A program made the position numbers and the translations under genes. Below are positions 27,633-38,787 of a DNA stretch of 64,000 bases, piece after piece; the stretch's first letter is position 1, and each line of letters opens with the position of its first letter. The notes beneath the pieces are model-generated. The model did no database searches. It saw nothing but the letters and a program-made list of their open reading frames with translations, and had not been told where the DNA came from. Origin of the DNA: an uncultured archaeon (GTDB taxonomy: Archaea > Asgardarchaeota > Thorarchaeia > Thorarchaeales > Thorarchaeaceae); assembly GCA_964610875.1 (NCBI GenBank), contig CAZSWP010000018.1:1-64000 (forward strand), given 5' to 3'.

Positions 27633-27962
27633 TTACTCGTCGCTTTCTGTGAGCGTGGGAAAAGTGTCCTGTAAATCGTCCAGAACAGCTTTATCCTGCG
27701 GCCGATTTGACATGACCATGAGTGAGCGTCCATACCAACCACAATCGATACAATAGTATGCAGGATGAAAACTACCAATATATCCGAGGTCATAGAAAGA
27801 TGTCAGTCTCACAAGACGTGCACTCTTACATAATGGGCAAATAGGAATATCAGCATCAATGCCCTTTCGTTTGAGCTCATCGAGTGCTTCTCGAACTGCC
27901 TTCAGTCTTCTTAGATGCTGCAACTCTTTTTTGCTGAGCTGGCCTGATATCGACAATGCCAT
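27633..27962 (-). CDS. Zn-ribbon hypothetical protein
   Basis: Motif CPLCKS...YCIDCGWYG. Confidence 0.7.
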   Translation of the reverse strand: MALSISGQLSKKELQHLRRLKAVREALDELKRKGIDADIPICPLCKSARLVRLTSFYDLGYIGSFHPAYYCIDCGWYGRSLMVMSNRPQDKAVLDDLQDTFPTLTESDE

Positions 27963-28031
27963 ACATCTTCACCAATGGTACAAAATCACTTTGTATAGTT
28001 ATACAGTTTTTGCCATGGTTGAAGGGATGTA

Positions 28032-28442
28032 TCAACCAGTAACAATTAGAATGAACCAATACATACCTAATATGAATGATGCTGTCCAGATGAATAATGT
28101 CGCAAACATGAATGGTCTTGTCTTCTTCAAGAGTTTCAAAGGCATATCTCGTCGTATTAGGTAAATCACAGAGATAATGATACCAAGAGCAATTCCTATG
28201 AAACCTAGGATGTCATGTACAATTTTATACCAGTTCGCTATGGGATCACTCATAATCAGAGGGAGTTGCCCAATAGCGTTTGGAATCATCCACAGACTTA
28301 CTGTTATCGTATGAATGAAAACTGAAGGATATACCAATCTATGATGTAACTTGAAATCCATCCTTCTGGCACCATATAACCACCCTACTAGTGTAGCCAC
28401 AAGTAGAACTGATTCAACAACCATTACAATCTCAGATATCAT
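28032..28442 (-). CDS. 4-TM membrane protein (DUF420/cytochrome b-like His pattern)
   Basis: TM helices carrying conserved-looking His residues. Confidence 0.55.
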   Translation of the reverse strand: MISEIVMVVESVLLVATLVGWLYGARRMDFKLHHRLVYPSVFIHTITVSLWMIPNAIGQLPLIMSDPIANWYKIVHDILGFIGIALGIIISVIYLIRRDMPLKLLKKTRPFMFATLFIWTASFILGMYWFILIVTG

Positions 28443-28457
28443 CTAATCTCGCTCCCA

Positions 28458-29186
28458 TTATTTTGCTTCAATCTCACTGACACTTCCTCTTGTTGTGAAC
28501 ACACTATCTTTGAGTGTGGCTTCTCGCCCCTCATGACCTGCTACTATCGCTGATGCAATCATTCCCCACGGACAGAATCTGACCTTCAAGTTTGTATAAG
28601 CTTCAGAGTCATGGATTCTGGAGAAAGCACATTTGTTTGTGGCTACTGTAATCAATCCATCATCAACCTTGACTCTGGCATATTCTACAAACTCATGCTG
28701 TTTGATATACGATGCATACGCTTCCAATTTATCCTCCAAGCTTCTTGATGGATCCATGAGTTCATCGGGTAAATATGCTAAAAGAATGTCCGCCATTCTG
28801 GAAAACACATAGTCTTTGATTGCTGCAATACCAAGAATGTCTATGAAAACACTCTCATAACCAAAGATTGCTGCTCTGAGCTTCCAAATCTCTTCCATAG
28901 TAAATGATTCAATATCATCTGACATTAGTGCTGAATGAACTCGTTCTTTGAAGTTCTCAAGAAATTCTCTTAGTTCAGACACCAATTTCTCCTGATCCGA
29001 AACTGATGTAAATACTTCTGGAAGAAATTCATGGACATAGTACACCATCCTTGGTAAGACATGTTCTGTAAGTACATCTGAACCAATCAATTCAGTTCCC
29101 ACCGCTTCATAAGCATCAAGTATTCCCATATACAAAAAGACTGCACCGATCTCAGAACTCTGAGATGAAGTAGAACTGTCCTCCAT
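28458..29186 (-). CDS. Hypothetical protein with a V4R/HNOX-like C-terminal Cys pattern
   Basis: C-terminal NKCAF...FCPWG. The internal repeat (LGILDAYE / AAIFGYE) suggests duplicated helical units. Confidence 0.5.
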   Translation of the reverse strand: MEDSSTSSQSSEIGAVFLYMGILDAYEAVGTELIGSDVLTEHVLPRMVYYVHEFLPEVFTSVSDQEKLVSELREFLENFKERVHSALMSDDIESFTMEEIWKLRAAIFGYESVFIDILGIAAIKDYVFSRMADILLAYLPDELMDPSRSLEDKLEAYASYIKQHEFVEYARVKVDDGLITVATNKCAFSRIHDSEAYTNLKVRFCPWGMIASAIVAGHEGREATLKDSVFTTRGSVSEIEAK

Positions 29187-29307
29187 TCAAATTCCTCATT
29201 GTATAATACATCAGTAATTTTAACATAAAACGTCACTAAAATGAGTTACGATAATCCCCAGATAATTGATAAATACGAATCATTCACCTAAGACATAGGA
29301 GGATTAC

Positions 29308-29889
29308 ATGATGTGTCCAGAAACGACTGAGCCAAGTTCAAAGAAGCAGCGTGAAGATACCCTTGATATCGGTTCACTATTCAGGGGGACTGCTACTGTG
29401 ACTTTTGTTGCTGAAATCATAACTGCAATTATGATGCTTGGTTCTGGCCTAGCATATGTAATTTCCAGGTCTGAACTAGCTACAGCAATAGACTTCGATA
29501 TGGCTCTATTTTTGCTATTGATTGGAGCCATGATTACACTCTTCTTCTTTCTTGCCACAATCGGTTTCTTTGTTCGTGTTAATCGTCGTATAGGGCAGAG
29601 TGTGTTCTGGCAACCTGTCGGTCAGATTGATCTCAATAAACCCCGTGTCAAGACGGTAGTGATGATTTACGGACTAGCAATCGGTTTAATCCTCATCATG
29701 GGAATGTACGGGTATTGGTTGCTCTGGAAATACTACTTTGAAGTTTCCGCTGCAGAATCTCTTAGTGTATTTGGCTTTGCTATCTCTCTGGGAGGCTTTG
29801 TACTTGCACTCCTTGTTCAGATAGTAGTCACAGCAATTGGCCGAACTGCTTCCGGTGTCGTAAAGACTGTTCTTGCAGAAGAAGCTTAG
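29308..29889 (+). CDS. 4-TM membrane protein
   Basis: Hydrophobic segments. Confidence 0.7.
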   Translation: MMCPETTEPSSKKQREDTLDIGSLFRGTATVTFVAEIITAIMMLGSGLAYVISRSELATAIDFDMALFLLLIGAMITLFFFLATIGFFVRVNRRIGQSVFWQPVGQIDLNKPRVKTVVMIYGLAIGLILIMGMYGYWLLWKYYFEVSAAESLSVFGFAISLGGFVLALLVQIVVTAIGRTASGVVKTVLAEEA

Positions 29890-29975
29890 TCCTCAAACTG
29901 AGAGACTTAATTCATCAATAAAGCAATCACCATGGTTTCACAATTCATCATTCTTTTGGAAGAGTCATTAAGTAA

Positions 29976-31004
29976 CTAGATTCGCTCAAAGATTTTCACG
30001 CTTGAGCTTTTGTCATCTTTATTATATTGAATAGTCATCATTGATGCTACGGGTCTTGAGGTTGTTACTTCAAACTTCTCGAATTTTCTTCTATTGATTG
30101 AACGAAAGAATCCATCAATATTATTTATCAATGTAGAAATTACAATTCGACTGATAGTAGGTAACTGTTCTCCACTCTCATGTTTTATAACTCCATTTTC
30201 AAACAATATTAAATGGGATTTTAGTTTCACGTCTGGAGCACCTTCTTCCAATTTTCCACTGCCAGTTTCGTAGCATACTTCTCTAGCAGCTGTTTCCACA
30301 TAAATGGCTGGTGTTCTCAATGCTCCACTTGTGACCGCATATACCTGTCCTCCTCTGCATGCTGATACTGCATAGTCTCCTGATTCAATCAATAACGAAT
30401 CATATCCAGATGAAATGCCTAGTTTTGATAACACATTCAACAATGTAGAATGTAATAGTAAGAATTCTCTAACTTGATTCTCTTTGAACAAAGGTTTGGG
30501 GCGCGCAAAGTGTGCAATACTTTTTTTTTCCTTTACATCAACAATGAACCCAAGTGGAATATCTGTACGTGCTGACAATACTGATTCCATGTTCTGACTC
30601 AAGTTGTCTTTGCCAAATAGCTGTTTTGCTATGATGACCACTTGCTGTCTGAGGAGTAATGTTTTCTTCTTATCTAGCATTTTTCCGTCTTCGGGAATAA
30701 GGTCCTCCTCTTCAAATATGGCGCCTATTTTTGCAAGCGCTTCCTTTGCGGCATTACTCGGTGCTTTTCTATCAAACACGCCAACAATTATGCTCGTTCC
30801 AGAACAGCAGGACATAAATTCAAAGTATTCCTTCTCAGTTGAGAAAGATTCAAGGGCATCTGATCTAGCATGCACACTATAATCTCTGATTGCACTAAAG
30901 AGACCTGATGATAGGATTGCTTGGTCAATTTCGGTTGAATCGCTTTCACCACCATAGTAGAAAACAAGTATTCCCTCACTAATCACAAAGACCTCTTTTA
31001 GCAT
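29976..31004 (-). CDS. Longin-like domain protein (Asgard-type)
   Basis: The N-terminus EVFVISEGILVFYY...ILSSGLFSAIRDYS...LESFST fits the Asgard longin pattern. Confidence 0.65.
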   Translation of the reverse strand: MLKEVFVISEGILVFYYGGESDSTEIDQAILSSGLFSAIRDYSVHARSDALESFSTEKEYFEFMSCCSGTSIIVGVFDRKAPSNAAKEALAKIGAIFEEEDLIPEDGKMLDKKKTLLLRQQVVIIAKQLFGKDNLSQNMESVLSARTDIPLGFIVDVKEKKSIAHFARPKPLFKENQVREFLLLHSTLLNVLSKLGISSGYDSLLIESGDYAVSACRGGQVYAVTSGALRTPAIYVETAAREVCYETGSGKLEEGAPDVKLKSHLILFENGVIKHESGEQLPTISRIVISTLINNIDGFFRSINRRKFEKFEVTTSRPVASMMTIQYNKDDKSSSVKIFERI

Positions 31005-31140
31005 AATTCAAACCCGTCTTGATTTTTTGACATATACCTGACTAATTCCTTATTGCTACATGATGCAAATGGGCTGGCGTGTTTTATCCTTTATTGCTAT
31101 AGCTAGATAGATAACTTAATCACATGCAACCTATCCATAA

Positions 31141-31677
31141 TTGGATTATCCGAGTTTGAGATGTGTGTGCTTCCGAATGCCTATATATACACTCCTTAAA
31201 ACCCTCGCAGATGTAACCAGAAAATGGCGAGATAATATCGTAGAGTGCCTTAAGGACGCGAGTTGCAGAGATTTAGGCTATCGGCCTAGTACTTTCATGT
31301 CTTCTTTTGGATGGATAATCGGGCATCAAGCTACAGCTTACGATTTTACCTTGAATGTCCTAATACTAGGAACAAAGCCCCGGGACCCCGAGTTGTTCGA
31401 AAAATACAGACCTGGAACTTCTGGTGACTGGGATGGAACTCCCATGGAAATCCTTCGAAATTATTATGATCAAGGGGAACGGAGATTTCTCGAATGGGCA
31501 ATGAGCTCGACGAACGCAGACCTAGATAAAATAATCAAAAGGAAGGGAATTCCAGCATTCTTTAATGGAATGACGGTCCGAGAGATTATTGTTAATCTGT
31601 TCTGTCATCTTAATCATCATAATGGACATTTAGAAGTCATTCGACAAGACTGGGAAAAGCACCACCAAATTCAGTAA
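31141..31677 (+). CDS. DinB/YfiT family protein
   Basis: Motifs SFGWIIGH and HLNHHNGHL. Confidence 0.8.
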   Translation: MDYPSLRCVCFRMPIYTLLKTLADVTRKWRDNIVECLKDASCRDLGYRPSTFMSSFGWIIGHQATAYDFTLNVLILGTKPRDPELFEKYRPGTSGDWDGTPMEILRNYYDQGERRFLEWAMSSTNADLDKIIKRKGIPAFFNGMTVREIIVNLFCHLNHHNGHLEVIRQDWEKHHQIQ

Positions 31678-31767
31678 TTATAATCCGTAATGATGCGGAG
31701 GCACAAGACCTGAACAAGTCGCAAAGAAACATGGGTGGAGTAGATATCGTAATTGCTTTGGTATCTA

Positions 31768-32433
31768 TCATCGTCCTTTGTTTTGCGGTATGGATTGAGC
31801 TTCCAACCCTCTTGAACTCAGAAATGCTGTTATCAGTGTACTAATTTCTTTACAGAGTGTGTCAAGCTCATTTTCCATGTGTGAAGTTGTTATCTCGTGG
31901 CTTCTGACCAATTCAATTCGATGGAGATGCTGAAGGTCCTCGTTATAATGAGTTATCCGTGAATAGATCTCCCATAGTTCTCTCCGAGCTGTGTCTGAAA
32001 GGTATTCTGCTTTTCCTGAGCGAATACCAAGAATCCAAAAACCCTTACGAAGAGGAATTCCAGTGCCAATAATCTCTCTGTTGACTTTTAGTTCTTCGAT
32101 AAGGTCTGAATATAGAGTATTACCTGCTTTCTGGTTATTACGTATTTTGAAGAGCTCTCCAAGAGCCGTGCCTGCAAGAACTCCTAGCAGGATTGAAAGA
32201 AGCCGGTATCCATTTTGTAAGGTGTAGACTACTCCAGTCGGGAATACTGTTCCTTCAGGTATTAGCAGATTAATGAAAATGATAATGAATCCTATAGTCA
32301 CCACTATGACAAACACCAAAAACCAAAGTCTAGACTCGTTCATACGCAACCACCTTGTTTGATTATTCTCTTTTATACTATCAAATCTTATTATTCTAGC
32401 CAAATCTGTTTCTGTATTTCTTAAAATGTTCAT
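31768..32433 (-). CDS. Membrane protein, hypothetical
   Basis: Two TM helices followed by a helical domain. Confidence 0.6.
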   Translation of the reverse strand: MNILRNTETDLARIIRFDSIKENNQTRWLRMNESRLWFLVFVIVVTIGFIIIFINLLIPEGTVFPTGVVYTLQNGYRLLSILLGVLAGTALGELFKIRNNQKAGNTLYSDLIEELKVNREIIGTGIPLRKGFWILGIRSGKAEYLSDTARRELWEIYSRITHYNEDLQHLHRIELVRSHEITTSHMENELDTLCKEISTLITAFLSSRGLEAQSIPQNKGR

Positions 32434-32473
32434 AACCTATCTAATCACCGAAACAATAATCTGTGTTTGAAAA

Positions 32474-33529
32474 GTGGATTTGTGTCAAGGAGAGGTTGAT
32501 TTGCCGCGCACGCCAAATGCAATTATATTATCAACACTTTTGCTTTTGCTGTTTATACCAATCAGTAGAAGCATTTTTAGCTCTGAACAAAACCCGCAAT
32601 CCTTCCCTGCACAGTGGGAGGGAGGTTTGATTGTTGATCACTCATGTATCGATTATGAGAGTATCCCAAGTGAATGGATAGAATCTGCACAAGATGATGT
32701 TCGAATCCACTATGCTCACACAAGCCATGGGGGTCAAATCACTACGGGTCTTGAACGGATTGAAGCTAGCGATTCTACATTCAGTGTTGCAAGAGGTTAT
32801 GGTACGCTACCTGATGAAGATGGAGCTCTTTGTATCCTTGATGGAAATCCTCCCGAGTCTTACATCACTCCGGATTTGTACTGGGAATCTGAAAATGGAA
32901 TTGCCCTGACACAGGGAACACTTGATGATAATCCCTCAATTACCGTTTCTCTATGGTCATGGTGCACTCAATTGAATTATTACAGCGAATCCCAGGTTCA
33001 AGACTATCTTGATACCATGTCGGATTTCGAAACTGCAAATCCTGATGTGACATTTGTCTATATGACCTGTAATGCACAAGCTAGTGGTAGCGATGGGTAC
33101 AATCGCTGGCAGAACAATGAACTGATCCGTGAGTATTGCAGAAACAATGACAAGATTCTCTTTGACTTTGCTGACCTTGACTCTTGGAGTGGTGCTGAAC
33201 AGAACACATACGAATATGTTGATGGTGATGAAACCTACAGCATACCTCTTGAGCATGATGACTTCAACGGGAATGAAGCTGGACATACAACCTATACGAG
33301 CTGTGAACAGAAAGGCAAAGCTTTCTGGTGGCTTGCTGCATCACTAGCTGGCTGGAATGCACCTGAAGAAACAACTACTTCTACTTCAACAGATACTACT
33401 AGTTCGACTACAACTTCATCTAGTACAACGACTACTACTGACACAAGTACTAGCGATATACTGTTTACAGGTGCAGTAATCCTGGGATTGGTAGTGCTCT
33501 CTGTGGCATATAGTCGCTACTTGAGATGA
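32474..33529 (+). CDS. Surface protein (SGNH-like fold suspected) with Thr/Ser linker and C-terminal anchor
   Basis: Signal peptide, [18 protein letters not shown], a poly-T/S linker and a TM tail. Confidence 0.7.
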   Translation: MDLCQGEVDLPRTPNAIILSTLLLLLFIPISRSIFSSEQNPQSFPAQWEGGLIVDHSCIDYESIPSEWIESAQDDVRIHYAHTSHGGQITTGLERIEASDSTFSVARGYGTLPDEDGALCILDGNPPESYITPDLYWESENGIALTQGTLDDNPSITVSLWSWCTQLNYYSESQVQDYLDTMSDFETANPDVTFVYMTCNAQASGSDGYNRWQNNELIREYCRNNDKILFDFADLDSWSGAEQNTYEYVDGDETYSIPLEHDDFNGNEAGHTTYTSCEQKGKAFWWLAASLAGWNAPEETTTSTSTDTTSSTTTSSSTTTTTDTSTSDILFTGAVILGLVVLSVAYSRYLR

Positions 33530-33585
33530 TTAAACTCAAGTAATTGCATAACACCAATAAGTAAAACGCTAAAGACAACAATCGT

Positions 33586-34326
33586 TTGATAATTGAGAGT
33601 GCACAAATGAGAGACAAGAAAGAAAATGACGATAATCCTATAGGTTTGATAATTCCTATTGTAGTTCTATTATTAGTCTTAATCTTTACTCAGGTAGTAT
33701 GGATTCTGATACCAATCATCATTCTTCTTGTAGTATTCATCGACGGAGTAGCCAAGAGTCGTCAGATAAAGTCCCAAGAAGAAACAATGAAGCCAATCAG
33801 TGTGGATGAAAGTGGGTCTTATACATCTGGGAAAGTACCTTTGAGAGAAGAAGATACAAAACCAATCTATGATAAGAAAAAGCAAAAGGAAGATGAAATC
33901 ACCTGTGGGACATTTATACCCATTCTAATTGTTCTATGGCTGTTTTTCAGTTCTTTATCCTGGATATTTCTCATACCGTTATTCTTTTTGTTAGTTTCCC
34001 TCTTCCAAACTATTCTGAATCGTATTCGTGGTCGTGAAGAGGTCAAGGAAGCAATCACACGTGGTGATGCAGGAACAATTCAAGATATTGCAGATTCAAC
34101 AGGATATCCTGAAGAACGAGTAAGAAGGCACATTGTTCGCGAGAAACGGAGTGGTACAACAGACGTCTGGTTTGACCCGAATACGGGCACCATGGCATCC
34201 CGTCCAGTCGCCTCACCAGAAGTAACTAGTACAAAGAAAGGATGCGTCTATTGCGGCTTTGCTTTGAAAGACGATGACCGTTTCTGTCCCTATTGTGGTG
34301 CACCAATAATGGTCAAAGACTATTGA
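33586..34326 (+). CDS. Membrane protein with C-terminal zinc ribbon
   Basis: Duplicated TM hairpins and CVYCG...FCPYCG. Confidence 0.7.
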   Translation: MIIESAQMRDKKENDDNPIGLIIPIVVLLLVLIFTQVVWILIPIIILLVVFIDGVAKSRQIKSQEETMKPISVDESGSYTSGKVPLREEDTKPIYDKKKQKEDEITCGTFIPILIVLWLFFSSLSWIFLIPLFFLLVSLFQTILNRIRGREEVKEAITRGDAGTIQDIADSTGYPEERVRRHIVREKRSGTTDVWFDPNTGTMASRPVASPEVTSTKKGCVYCGFALKDDDRFCPYCGAPIMVKDY

Positions 34327-34437
34327 AAGATTTCTGGCGAGGTCTATCCTAATACCTCACCTATTCTTTTTTGGATAAATACCAATTTTTGAGCTTGAGC
34401 GACAATTTTATTAACTATATTTAATATCAATCTCAAT

Positions 34438-35247
34438 ATGACTTCTACAATTAATCCAAAGGTTCTACAGATTCTGAACCTTGTGGCAGTATTAGGGACT
34501 GTCGTTTTCAATGCTCTGGTAAACATCATTCCACTAAACGGTGTTTCAACTGGGGCTGTGTCAGATTCCTATCCAAATCTGTTCACACCTCCGGGCTATG
34601 TATTCGCGATTTGGGGAGTGATCTACGTTCTGATTATCACGTTTGCATTCTACCAAGTACGCGCCAGTCAACGAGAGGAACAATATCTACAAGATATAGG
34701 CCTCTTGTATGTCTTTGGTGCCATAGCAAATATAGTGTGGTTGATTCTCTTCCACTACTCATATGGTGCTCCAGAGATACTTCTATTGACGCCCATACCT
34801 ATCATATTATTACTGGTCATACTGCTCTACACCTATGTAAGGCTTGGAATTGGTGTTAAGCCAGTACCAAGGAACCAGAAGCTAGCAGTTCATCTACCAA
34901 TCAGTGTCTATGCTGGTTGGATATCACTAGCTACGATTGCCAACATTGCTTCGTTCCTCAACGTTGTTGTACCTGGAATTCCATATGCGACTCAGGAGCT
35001 CTGGACTTCAGCAGTTATTTTGATTGCATTATTGATCACATTGTTAATGATTGTGCTACGACGTGACTTTGCTTTTCCATTGGTGGTCATCTGGGCTGCT
35101 ATTGGGATTGCAACAAAGCAAGCTGCATCAGCTCTGATTTTTTGGACCGCAATTGCATCAGTCATTGGTATCGTCGTGGCTCTTCTCATTGTTCCTTTGT
35201 TGGTCAAGGAGACTCATGTTCGATACTACGCTGGCACATCTGACTAA
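34438..35247 (+). CDS. TspO/MBR-like tryptophan-rich membrane protein
   Basis: Motifs FTPPGYVFAIWGVIY and SVYAGWISLATIAN. Confidence 0.8.
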   Translation: MTSTINPKVLQILNLVAVLGTVVFNALVNIIPLNGVSTGAVSDSYPNLFTPPGYVFAIWGVIYVLIITFAFYQVRASQREEQYLQDIGLLYVFGAIANIVWLILFHYSYGAPEILLLTPIPIILLLVILLYTYVRLGIGVKPVPRNQKLAVHLPISVYAGWISLATIANIASFLNVVVPGIPYATQELWTSAVILIALLITLLMIVLRRDFAFPLVVIWAAIGIATKQAASALIFWTAIASVIGIVVALLIVPLLVKETHVRYYAGTSD

Positions 35248-35277
35248 TACTGGGAGGTTTCTCCTCCCACTTTTTCT

Positions 35278-36063
35278 TTATTCATATTCAAAAGCAGCGA
35301 CTAGAGGGCCATCTAGAAACTCCCAGGTTCCTGTTATATTATTCATGCGTGCTACTACATCCAAGTGAAGCATTGCTATTCCACAATCAAGACGTGAATA
35401 AACACCAAATTTCTTAGCATTCATTGAGTCATGTATTATGAATTTGTTATCACTTATTTCAAACCGCCAGGGTTGCCGATTGACGGTTGAAGGTGCTAGC
35501 CTTGCAGCTTCAGCAGCTTGTTTCTGCCAATCAGTAAAGTTATCGTGATTTCCGATTACGATTTCTTCTAATGACTTTCGTTTAGGGGATTTTATTATTC
35601 CAGACATCAATCTCTCTGATATTACTTTGTTTTCCGTTGCATATCCTATAGGAGTAATGGCTACTATGTGTTCGTCATCCCTCAGGGCCTTTATTTTCTC
35701 AGCCTTTTCTGGATTGAAGAGTGCACCAACCCAACAAGTGTTCGATCCAAGCGATGTAGCTTCAAGAATAACTCCTTCTCCCATAAAACCAATTTTCTCC
35801 TGTATATTGTAGTTTTTCCCATCACCAATGAATGCAATAAGATGTCGTGCTCCACTTACCTTCCCATAACTTCCAATGACACCTGCATAAATGTCCTCAG
35901 ACGCCTCCCACACAAGTACTGCCCTTACACCATCAAAAGGATTGAAGGATTTGCAGAAGTCCACCAAATACAAAAGAATGTCATTATCTATCTTGTGACC
36001 ACTATATCATCTTCTTGAGTGACGTTTGAATATGGCGTCATACCATCTCTCTGCAGGGATCAT
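35278..36063 (-). pseudogene. Nitroreductase-family gene with an in-frame TGA at codon 19
   Basis: Reads MIPAERWYDAIFKRHSRR*YSG..., then ARLAPSTVNRQPWRF and DCGIAMLH. Confidence 0.7.
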
Positions 36064-36175
36064 CCTCTATCATCCTAGTACCAATCTTTCAAGATATTAT
36101 TACGTTGTTGATATAAACGCCGAAAAAGTCCTAAAGGAATGTACCATTGTATCTCTCCACGGAGTTAGCAAGCAT

Positions 36176-36424
36176 ATGGAAAATCCCGAACAATTCCTAT
36201 CCACTAATATCGCTCTTTATACGGTACTAGGAGTATTTCTCAGGTTTGTAATCTATGGTGCTCCAAGCCTTGCAGGTGTTGGTCTGTTTCTAGGATTGTC
36301 ATTCTTAGTTGGAGTTGGAGGAGGTCTCTTAGCGCTTGGTTTGAGAATTAATCGAAGAAATTGGGTTATCATTGGCGTTCTACTGACAATTATTGGACTA
36401 CTCCCAATTCACTACCTCATCTGA
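36176..36424 (+). CDS. Small membrane protein
   Basis: Three hydrophobic segments starting from MENPEQF. Confidence 0.5.
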   Translation: MENPEQFLSTNIALYTVLGVFLRFVIYGAPSLAGVGLFLGLSFLVGVGGGLLALGLRINRRNWVIIGVLLTIIGLLPIHYLI

Positions 36425-36483
36425 TAGTTCTTATGCTACCAATACCATCATTCTTCTCTCCAAAATGTGGAGAGCGTGAGATT

Positions 36484-36867
36484 ATGTCGACTGATGAACA
36501 GATGCTTGAAGAGTTGCGAGAAATTAGGAAACTTCTAACACCAAAAGAACCAAAACCACCATCCGAGGGGTTCATCAATGAATTCTGGGACTTCTTATCA
36601 AAATACAAAGTTCTTGGTCTTGCTGTAGCCTTCATTCTAGGTATATATCTTGGTGCGCTTGTAAAATCGCTTGTAGATAATATGGTAATGCCAATTGTTG
36701 AGATTGCTTTGATTGCATTGGGAGGAGGAGAGGCCATTAATTGGGAAGAAATTACATTCTTCTTCTTCCGTGTGGGACCTTTCATGGCTGATTTGCTGAC
36801 ATTTATTATTGTAGCATTCGTAATCTTCTTGATTGTCAAGTTAGCAAACCGTGTTGGTGTCGAATAA
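36484..36867 (+). CDS. mscL: Large-conductance mechanosensitive channel MscL family
   Basis: Motif EFWDFL..YKVLGLAVAFILG...LVKSLVDNMVMP...FIIVAFVIF. Confidence 0.85.
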   Translation: MSTDEQMLEELREIRKLLTPKEPKPPSEGFINEFWDFLSKYKVLGLAVAFILGIYLGALVKSLVDNMVMPIVEIALIALGGGEAINWEEITFFFFRVGPFMADLLTFIIVAFVIFLIVKLANRVGVE

Positions 36868-37084
36868 GCAATTCAATAATTTGGAATCTATAGAGTTTCT
36901 GGAATCATCCAGAAACCTTCCTTCTTTTTGGTATCAACATTGGTACGGAATTATGGAAACTGATGATATAATCAGAATTACAAGTAGGACTGCACCAATC
37001 TCTTTATCGCAAGATATTCGCCTAATTTCTGTTATCATTTTGATATGCTACAAAGTGGAATATAAGAAGGCTGAACGGAGCAAG

Positions 37085-38164
37085 TCAGCCTTCCTTCTTC
37101 AGTATGAATATTGAAAGTACAATAATTACTAATACTTGGAATGCTATACCAACCATCAAGTACAGCATGATGTCAATTGGAATGTACGAGAATTGCAATA
37201 TCAAGTCACTAACCGTGACAACAAGTGTAAGTCCCACAAAACCGAGAATGAACTTCCAGAGCTTGTTCGTATGGGTTGAATCTGTTTCCTGATGCAATTC
37301 AATTACCCAGTCATTATCAGTATTCTCTTTGAACCTGTCATATTCCCGCTTTATGATAATGAGACCAATAGGAATGAATGCTAGGTATAGCAGACCAATG
37401 ACAGCCGCAATTTCCAGCGGGCCAATGACTGCAGCAAAGGATAGACCATTGGTAATGGCATGCATGATTATTGGAAAAATGATATTCCGGGTTGTAACAT
37501 AGAGAAGCCCCATTGTAGCTCCTAGAATGAAAGTTGACCAAAAGTGGACAATTGCGCCCGCAACATTACCATTTAGTATATCCAATGGTACATGGACCAC
37601 AGCAAATGCAATTGAAGTTGAGAGTACTGCATCTCTGGGAGATAGTCCTACTCTTTCGAGGAGCGGTATTGCGGTTCTTCTAAATAGTAACTCTTCAAAT
37701 ACTGGTGCACCAAGGCTTCCAACTGCAAAGAATATGATGATATTCATTGGATTGTCAAGATGATGTGGTTCAAGTAATAATGCACCTTCGTAGCCTGTTT
37801 CTGGTACAACTCCCATTGCTGCAAATATGATTAGAAGTATAAAACCACCTAATGTGACTATTCCAACTGCAGCAATATACCAAAGGAGTGTGCGTTTCAG
37901 TCCCTCCGGAGTTGGACTTGAATATTCAACATCTTTGACCCCTGTTTTCGGAATAAAGAATATAATCACTGCAAAAGCTGCTATCATCTGTCCAAAAAAT
38001 GCAGCATAGAGATTTGCAATTATGCCGTCCTCAAATAATGAACAGCTCATACCGAGGACAATCATCACCAATTGAGATGCAAGCATCACTGCTGCTCCTG
38101 CTACTATCACAAGAACTGGTGTGACTGTACTCCTCTTTTGATCAGGTACATCTTCCTCCATCAT
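37085..38164 (-). CDS. CPBP (CAAX protease-like) intramembrane metalloprotease
   Basis: Motifs EELLFR, FAVVH and HAITN. Confidence 0.9.
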   Translation of the reverse strand: MMEEDVPDQKRSTVTPVLVIVAGAAVMLASQLVMIVLGMSCSLFEDGIIANLYAAFFGQMIAAFAVIIFFIPKTGVKDVEYSSPTPEGLKRTLLWYIAAVGIVTLGGFILLIIFAAMGVVPETGYEGALLLEPHHLDNPMNIIIFFAVGSLGAPVFEELLFRRTAIPLLERVGLSPRDAVLSTSIAFAVVHVPLDILNGNVAGAIVHFWSTFILGATMGLLYVTTRNIIFPIIMHAITNGLSFAAVIGPLEIAAVIGLLYLAFIPIGLIIIKREYDRFKENTDNDWVIELHQETDSTHTNKLWKFILGFVGLTLVVTVSDLILQFSYIPIDIMLYLMVGIAFQVLVIIVLSIFILKKEG

Positions 38165-38322
38165 AATGACTCCTCAAATAACAATCTATTGGGTTCGTAG
38201 GGATGTCATTTCCTTTTTTAGTTTTAAGACCACTGTAAGCTTGCTCTGTAATCCATAGTTCTTATATCATGTCTTGTGTATTCCATCATCATTGAACTCA
38301 TACTTTGACGGAGTAGATTTGT

Positions 38323-38787
38323 ATGGTTGATTCAGAGGAATTAAAGGAACTGTTACAAACAGTTCTAGATGATGAAGATGAGCTGTCTAAATTTGCTCTG
38401 GAGTATCATGTTGGACATACAGAAATGCATGATAGAATTAAACTGGTGGTAACACAACCAATGGTGGTGTGCACAACAATCCCAAAAGGCACACCAGTTG
38501 AGATGGGGGAAGAGGAGTCAACTGCTCAAGTCAAGAATATACCTTTGACAGCAAAGATTCTCCGAAAATTCATTGAAAGAATTCTAGAAAATGAAATCTG
38601 GAAGATAGAAAATTGCAGTGAGACAGCAGATCCTGATACAGCACGTATTGAGATATCTGTGAAGAAGAAGGGCGAATCCAAATTCCATGCAGAGGTATGG
38701 GAGAGCTGTAAGAAAGGTGATGAAAGACTCAGTGCGCTCATAGATGCTCTTGAGGAGCTGTGTCCTGAGGAATCTCTTGAGATATAG
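38323..38787 (+). CDS. Hypothetical acidic protein
   Basis: ORF with a plausible start and composition. Confidence 0.55.
   Translation: MVDSEELKELLQTVLDDEDELSKFALEYHVGHTEMHDRIKLVVTQPMVVCTTIPKGTPVEMGEEESTAQVKNIPLTAKILRKFIERILENEIWKIENCSETADPDTARIEISVKKKGESKFHAEVWESCKKGDERLSALIDALEELCPEESLEI

Noticed and set aside
36241-36253. Short match (GG+TTTGTAATC) to the predicted mini-element guide
   Set aside because: The match is only 9 nt and lacks the GGG motif, which is expected by chance in AT-rich DNA.
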